The notes under the pieces are model-generated. The model saw only the letters and a program-made list of their open reading frames with translations. It was not told the DNA's origin and made no database searches. From contig OX597820.1 of the NCBI GenBank assembly GCA_951406725.2, forward strand, positions 65,658,001-65,722,000: a stretch of DNA of 64,000 nucleotides, read 5' to 3'. Shown piece after piece: positions 57,030 through 64,000 of the stretch; position 1 is the stretch's first letter; each line of letters begins with the position of its first letter. This stretch comes from Octopus vulgaris. Taxonomy: Eukaryota. Made by a program: the position numbers and the translations under genes.

Positions 57030-57275
57030 AGGCGCGTGGCTTAGTGGTTAGGGTGTCAGTACCATGATCGTAAGATTGTGGGTTCGATTCCTGGACCGGG
57101 CGACGCGTTGTGTTTTTGAGCAAAACACTTCATTTCACGTTGCTCCAGTCCACTCAGCTGGCAAAAAGGGAGTAACGCTACGATGGACTGGCGTCCCGTC
57201 CAGCTGGGGAACATATACGCCATTGAAACCGGAATACCGGGCCCATGGGCCTGGCTAGGCTTTAAAGAGCGCATT
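57030..57275 (+). mobile_element. SINE with family B head and a different tail
   Basis: GGCGCGTGGCTTAGTGGTTAGGG...GGTTCGATTCC. Related fragments at 11750-11908 (-) and 17490-17710 (+). Confidence 0.8.
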
Positions 57276-57818
57276 TATTATATTATTTCATAATATATTT
57301 AGTATGTTTATTATATATATATATATATATATATATACATACACATATATATGGTCTGTGCGTGCGTGTACATGTGTGTGTGTATGTACTTATATGTATA
57401 TAGCGTTCTGTCGGTGTGAGTGCACATATCACTTTTCAGTTTCGTTGTCTTTTACATTGTATAAACCAATATAAACTACAGATTCATATAGCATCATCTG
57501 TGAGGGACAGCAACAATTAAATTAATGTTTCTTTTGAATACTGGCGGTGGTGTGTATGAATAGGAAATACATTCCTGAAACAAGGAACTAGTTTTTGTGT
57601 AACATATTTCTAAATTTACTTATTGACGCTATCATTGATTCGCCCTACACTCTTTGCACCTTATAACGTTTGCGACATACGTTTTTGTGTAAATAGCACA
57701 CAACGCGTACAATAACAAATAAGAGTTTAGGACTCTAGTTTTCAAACGGTGCGCCGGGGACTTGATATGTGCGTATGTATATATGTATGTGTGTATGTAA
57801 ATGTATGTATATATACGC

Positions 57819-57872
<54 letters not shown>

Positions 57873-57944
57873 ATATATATATATTTGCATATATATATAC
57901 ATATATATATACATATATATATATTTGTATGTATGTATATATGC

Positions 57945-58023
<79 letters not shown>

Positions 58024-58047
58024 CACGCATGTGTATGTATGATTTTC

Positions 58048-58316
58048 AACAGATTTTCAACAAACTGCCAAGAAAACTAAGAGATCTACATGATGCGGAT
58101 GTAAACATTTTCAAAAAACATCTAGACAAGCTGCTTTCCGGGATCCCAGATGAACCCACTGCAAGATACGAAGGTAACCTAAGGGCAGCAGCTACAAACT
58201 CTCTCTTAGATCAGTGACCAGCCACGGCAAACTGGACTTAGAGAGGGTAGCAACAAGGGCGGTGCCCCAGCATGGCCTCAGCCGGATGGCTGAAACAAGT
58301 AAAAGAGTAAAAGAGT
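58048..58316 (+). mobile_element. 3' end of CR1-group LINE (ORF2 C-terminus plus 3' UTR)
   Basis: [36 protein letters not shown]...AATNSLLDQ*, then GGCGGTGCCCCAGCATGGCC...GAAACAAGTAAAAGAG. Confidence 0.85.
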
Positions 58317-58334
58317 ATATATATATATATTTAC

Positions 58335-58404
<70 letters not shown>

Positions 58405-58979
58405 TCTTATTCTATTATTCTGTTACTTGTTTCAGTCATTTGGCTGCTACCATGTGATTGAGAAGCAAGCTTCTTACCACACCGCCACGCTTGAGCCAAT
58501 GATGTATTTATGTATCTATATTTTAGGGAAGGTGTGTACCACTAGTGAGTAGTTCGGTCTTAATATTACCATCACCACACGTAGGGCGTCTGTTGGCTGG
58601 ATCGTTAGCATGCTGGACAAAATGCTTAGCGGCATTTCGCTCCGTCTTTAGGCTCTGTGTTCAAATTGCACCGAGGTCGACTTTGATTTTCATTCTTTCG
58701 TTTACGATAAGTACCCTGGGGTCGATATAATCGACTTCTTCCCCGCCAAGAAACTGCCGGCCTTGCACCAAAATTTGAAACCGATGTAGCAAGGTACCTT
58801 CCTAAGTAACTCACTATACTTCGGAGAGCTGGGTATATATCAATCATAGGGACAGTTGAACGAGAAACCAATGTACTTAAAGATTCTAATCATCCGCCTC
58901 CCTATGCTATAAAGCAAATTAGCAATATCGTGCGAGACGATGGTTTAACAGCTTTCTCCACAAGATCTTAATATCTACC

Positions 58980-59402
58980 GCGCAAGCTGGCAGAAATTTT
59001 AGAACGACGGGCGAAATGCTTAGCGCTATTTCGTCTAACTTTACGTTCTGAGTTCAAATTCTGCCGAGGTCGACTTTGCCTTTCATCCTTTCGAGGTCGA
59101 TAAATTAAGTACCAGTTACGCACTGGGGTCGATGTAATCGACTTAATCCTTTGTCTGTCATTGTTTGTTCCCTCTGTTTAGCCCCTTTTGGGCAATAAAG
59201 AAATAAGAAACTTTAGCATGCCGGGCGAAATGCTTAGTGATATTCCGTCTAACTTTACGTTCTAAGTTCAAATTCCGCCGAGGTCGACTTTGCCTTTCAT
59301 CCTTTAGAGGTGGATAAATTAAGTACCAATTGCTTACTGGGGAAGATCTAATCGACTGGCCTCCTCCCAAAAAATTTCGGGCATTGTGCTTAGAGTAGAA
59401 AA
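58980..59402 (+). mobile_element. Tandem dimer of SINE family C
   Basis: AAATGCTTAG...GAGTTCAAATTCCGCCGAGGTCGACTTTGCCTTTCATCC occurs twice. Other copies at 58590-58785, 36475-36670, 37965-38140 and 62745-62925. Confidence 0.85.
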
Positions 59403-60930
59403 AAATATCTGCCGTAGTGTTCGGAAATACTGGTCCTATCGTTAGAGTTGCTCTTCTCAATTCCTACGTCCCAGACAACAAACTCTAAAAAGCAGAGGTT
59501 CAGCAACTTTATTAGGAACTAGCTGCAACTGCAAAAGTGCGGCCATATTGCTTTTTATCGTTGGTGAGTGGAGATGATATTTGTGGTGGTGGTGGGCGGG
59601 CGGCGGTGGTGGTGTTTGTCGTCGTCGTCGTGGCATTGTGGTGGTGAGTTTTGTTAGTGTTGATATTTTTACAGGTGATTGAAAGGCTGAATGTCAGTTA
59701 AAGAATATGCTAGAAAATAAATCGTCTGCCATTATGCAAAGATACATATATCAATCCATAAATCATTAAGCAAAGCATTTCAGCCATTTTAAACTTAACA
59801 CCCACACATACATACACACACACATACATACATACATACATACATACATACACACATAAAAACATACACACACAAATACACACACAAATACATATATAAA
59901 TACATACGAGCACACATAAATACAAACGCACACATACGTATATACACACACACACATACACACACACATACATACATACATACGCACATACCTAAACACA
60001 CACATGCATATGGACATACATACATAAATACATAAATACACACATACATACGCACATACATACATACATAAATACATACATATACACATACATACATAAG
60101 TACACACACACATATATATTCATACACACATACATACGCCCATACATACCTGCATACATAAATACATACATACACACACACATACATTCATTGATACATA
60201 CATAAATACATACATACACAAATACATGCATTCATACATACATTCATACATATAAGTGTGTGAGTGTATGTGTAACACGTACAGACAAAATACACGCACA
60301 CTACCACGCGCATACATAAACAGAATACATAGACAAAGGCACGCACTCACACACATAAGGACATACATAGACACACATATAAATACACACATAGACACAG
60401 ACACGGACTCGCATACGTAAATATGAGTGAACACACACACGCACAAATACATACACATGAAAACACACGTACACATACATATATTTATATGAAACTTTTT
60501 CTTATCCATCATACAAGACAAGGACAGCCGTGTCCAGATTTCACAGCCTTTGACAGTATATATAAATACATTCTATTCGCAAAAATATAATAAATCTGTT
60601 GATCTCAGAATATGTCATTTATCAAAGGAAGCAAGTAGGGTCACGTGGTGCGCTGGCAACCCTTATTCTAAAGTGTTAATTTATTGTCACAGCAGGGCGT
60701 GTATGTGTGACCCTGTATGTTGCAAATACATGTGGATATATTAAAATGTCTCGCTGTCTCTATCAATCATTATATCTCACCTTTGTCTCCCCCTATATAT
60801 GTATATATGTGTATATATATGTGTGTGTGTGCGTATGTGTGCGTGTGTGTATGCGTGTGTGCGTGTATGTATGTATATGTATATGTATATACATATGTAT
60901 ATACATATGTATATTTATATATATATATGT

Positions 60931-60974
<44 letters not shown>

Positions 60975-60979
60975 ACATA

Positions 60980-61795
60980 CCGTATATACTCGTGTAAGAG
61001 TCGAATTTTTTATACCATTTTTTTAAGGTCAAATTTATGGGCTCGACTATTACATGGATACTACTTTTGAGGGGCTGAAATTCAAGCTAGAATCTGAAGT
61101 ACCGCATCAGCAACAGAAGTTTAACTGATGATGACGATAATGACAATGATGATGATGATGATACAAGCCATTAAAAGATGAAGTTTCATGAATGTGGGAA
61201 ATGAAGGAAGCGACTGTCATCTCGGTTGTTGTAGGGACACTGGGATCATTAACAGCTAGTTTTGAGAAATTTGTTGGAGACCTTTGGGTTGACATGAGGT
61301 AGGTATATGCTCAGAAAACTACGCTATTGTGGACAGCGAGGATTTTGAAAGTGGTACTTGGATGTCAAGTATCGTGAACATAGACCCTGGAAAAACCTCT
61401 GGAAACAGGTTTCTGTTCGCTCCTGAAAAAATAACGAGTGCAAATAAAATCGAGATCTGAGAAGTGAAATAAAAATATGCTTGCAATATATCCTGTGCAT
61501 ACATTTTTAGTAATGGTGATGTAACACCCCTCAACACACGCGTAGTGCTCGCTATTAAATGGTATTTTATTATAAGCACCGAGCATTTACCTATAGAGGA
61601 GGCTACAGTAAGGTAGCCACAAAACTGTATCAGTGTTATTTCTACGCACAGGATAATACGGTACCTTGACCCACAGATATCGTGAAATATTTGGGTCGTG
61701 TTTTATACGGGGGTCTATAGAAAATGTTTAATTTTTGGCCAAAAATAAGGAGCCGACATTTACATGAGATCGACTATTACTCGAGTAATCGCACG
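60980..61795 (+). mobile_element. pogo/Tigger-like non-autonomous element carrying an RLE-LINE fragment
   Basis: TA-CCGTATATACTCGTGTAAGAGTCG left TIR and decayed TCGACTATTACTCGAGTA right end. Internal YKPLKDEVS*MWEMKEATVISVVVGTLGS. Confidence 0.6.
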
Positions 61796-61855
61796 TGGAG
61801 TTTTGGCGATTTTTTCTACTTCTTCCTTCTTCCCCTTGGACTTTCCTGTTTTTCC

Positions 61856-61892
61856 TCTCTCCGAAGAAGAACTATGCTCTAAACGAAAAACA
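61856..61892 (+). ncRNA. Heavily decayed hammerhead-like motif
   Basis: CCGAAGA-A-GAAC(TAT)GCTC-TAAAC-GAA resembles the 11315/37450 motif with several substitutions. Confidence 0.3.
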
Positions 61893-61996
61893 ACTACTCT
61901 TTTCTTTCTCCGAACGTCATTATTGATACTTTGCTTGTTCTACGTCCTCACGTTGTTTGCTTTTCCATCTTTTTTCTGTTTTTTTTAAAAATTAAT

Positions 61997-62076
<80 letters not shown>

Positions 62077-62140
62077 AAGGTATATATGTGTGTGTGGGTG
62101 TTTATTTATATACACAGACACATATATGTATGTATATATG

Positions 62141-62173
<33 letters not shown>

Positions 62174-62259
62174 ATACATATATATGTATGTATATATGCA
62201 TATATATACATTATATAAATGTATATATATATATACATATATACATACGTATATATGTG

Positions 62260-62290
<31 letters not shown>

Positions 62291-62485
62291 ATCTTCGTCA
62301 CAAGTCAAATTTAACACGTTCGGATGTACGATTATATATCTGTTTGCAGATATATCTGCTATATCTGCTATTTTAGTATTTCCGTTAACATACGACTCCA
62401 AAGACTATACTGAAAATGAGAATTATGGAAAGCAGAGTCTTTCATACGTTGCGATAAGTTACGAGGTGACTGACTCTGTCTTCAC

Positions 62486-62573
<88 letters not shown>

Positions 62574-63018
62574 ATATACACACACTCTCTCTTTCCTCTC
62601 TCTCCATCCCCGTCTGTGGAGTTGAGGAAGAAAACACTCTTGCCAGTTCCTTTTTGTTTCATACACTAAATCCGATGTTTTCGAAAATTTCAGCAAAGAT
62701 GTGGTTGTTCATGTTAAAAGCAAAAATCAATGAAGACAGCGGGCCACGGAATCGTTAGCACTCCGTGCGAAAAGCTTAGAGGCGTTTTTAGTTCAAATTC
62801 CACCGAAGTTGACTTTGCTTTTAATCCTTTCGAGGTCGATAAATTAACTCCCAGTTAAACACTGAGGTCGGTGTAATCAACTTACCCCTTTCCTCGAAAT
62901 TCTTGATCTCGAGGCAAAATTTAAAGTCAATAATAAAAAACCGTAACCATATTAATTGAAAATTGAAAATGCGACCATTTTCGACTCGGCATAGTTTGGA
63001 ATTACCACGCTTATTTAC

Positions 63019-63108
63019 CTTGACAACATATTGAACCAGCGCGAGGGAACATATTGAAACGAAATATATTAAACAAGGGTGAGAATGCAAGAAACTGAGG
63101 CGTGTCAT
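63019..63108 (-). CDS. Candidate first coding exon: hydrophobic signal peptide / type II anchor MTRLSFLHSHPCLIYFVSICSLALVQYVVK
   Basis: Unique, non-repetitive sequence. ATG at 63108, hydrophobic stretch, donor AAG|GTAAAT at 63019/63018, possible acceptor CTCTTCGTTTTCAAG at 63147. Confidence 0.4.
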
Positions 63109-63458
63109 CAACAGTAGAGGAGAGAATTTGGAAAATCTCGGGTGACCTTGAAAACGAAGAGCGATGCAGTAAGATATTTCCAAATGAAGGATATAATAGC
63201 ACGGAATATTCTTTGTTGTCGAAAACAACAAATGAATTATTTTCATTGCTAGTGGTTGCACCGAATGCAATTGCAATAACATCAGTTGCAACGAAATTGT
63301 GAGTGCTGAGAAAGGCTTGAACGTTGCTCTTCTCCACTACCAACTGCAGCTTTGTAATATATTACTGGGTGAAAGAACTAACGGCATTTGTTTGTTTTCA
63401 TGTCAATTATACATAGAAACAATTCAAGATTAGACTGAATTATTACTCAGTCTTCTCA

Positions 63459-63516
<58 letters not shown>

Positions 63517-63618
63517 ATGTATATATATATGTATATGTATGTATATGTATATATGTATATATATATATATGTATATGTATATATATAGATAGAGAGACAG
63601 ACAGACAGACAGATAGAC

Positions 63619-63702
<84 letters not shown>

Positions 63703-64000
63703 TTGGCGATGTGTGTGTGAATCCATAACCGGGCATGTGAGAGCATGAATGTATATATGTAGATATATAATGTGTATAAAGTATTTATATGCACCATCAC
63801 TCTTATCTATGTGTAAGTAGGCGCAATTTTTTCTTCTTTGTTTATCTATGTATTTGCTTATTGAACAGCATAGCAGGCAAGCTATCGGAAAAATATGAAT
63901 CATCAACATGACATTATAATCGTTTTAACAATTTTTTTCCAGAAATATCTAGGGAAATACTATTAACAGCGGTGTACAAATATATAGCCACCTCTATTTG

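Noticed and set aside
58797-58910. Apparent minus-strand exon with a GTGAGT donor
   Set aside because: It is a diverged inverted copy of 55040-55145, so a repeat.
63011-63343. 110-aa minus-strand ORF as a standalone gene
   Set aside because: Non-ATG start and no domain similarity that I recognise. The overlapping hydrophobic frame ending at the donor is more plausible.

Overview
AT-rich eukaryotic genomic DNA, very likely an octopus (coleoid cephalopod), judged from the recurrent tRNA-headed SINE families, the (AT)n/(ACAT)n/(GATA)n/(AAT)n density and the LINE/Tc1 remnants. There is no intact long ORF, and almost every ORF in the supplied track is a microsatellite artefact. The window reads as intronic or intergenic sequence full of SINEs, decayed CR1-, RTE- and R4/Dong-like LINEs, Tc1/mariner/pogo/piggyBac/hAT remnants and fold-back elements. 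A minus-strand gene with tiny exons may span it (best candidates 63019-63108 and 25777-25816). The most striking signal is about ten minimal hammerhead-ribozyme-like motifs. Chief among them is a young 53281-54051 insertion in (TA)n, made of two inverted, differently circularly permuted copies of a 362-bp monomer. Each copy carries a type I hammerhead with a compensatory U3:A8 core, the layout expected of a retrozyme/Penelope-like element copied from a circular or tandem RNA. All alignments and counts were done by eye, and boundaries are approximate.
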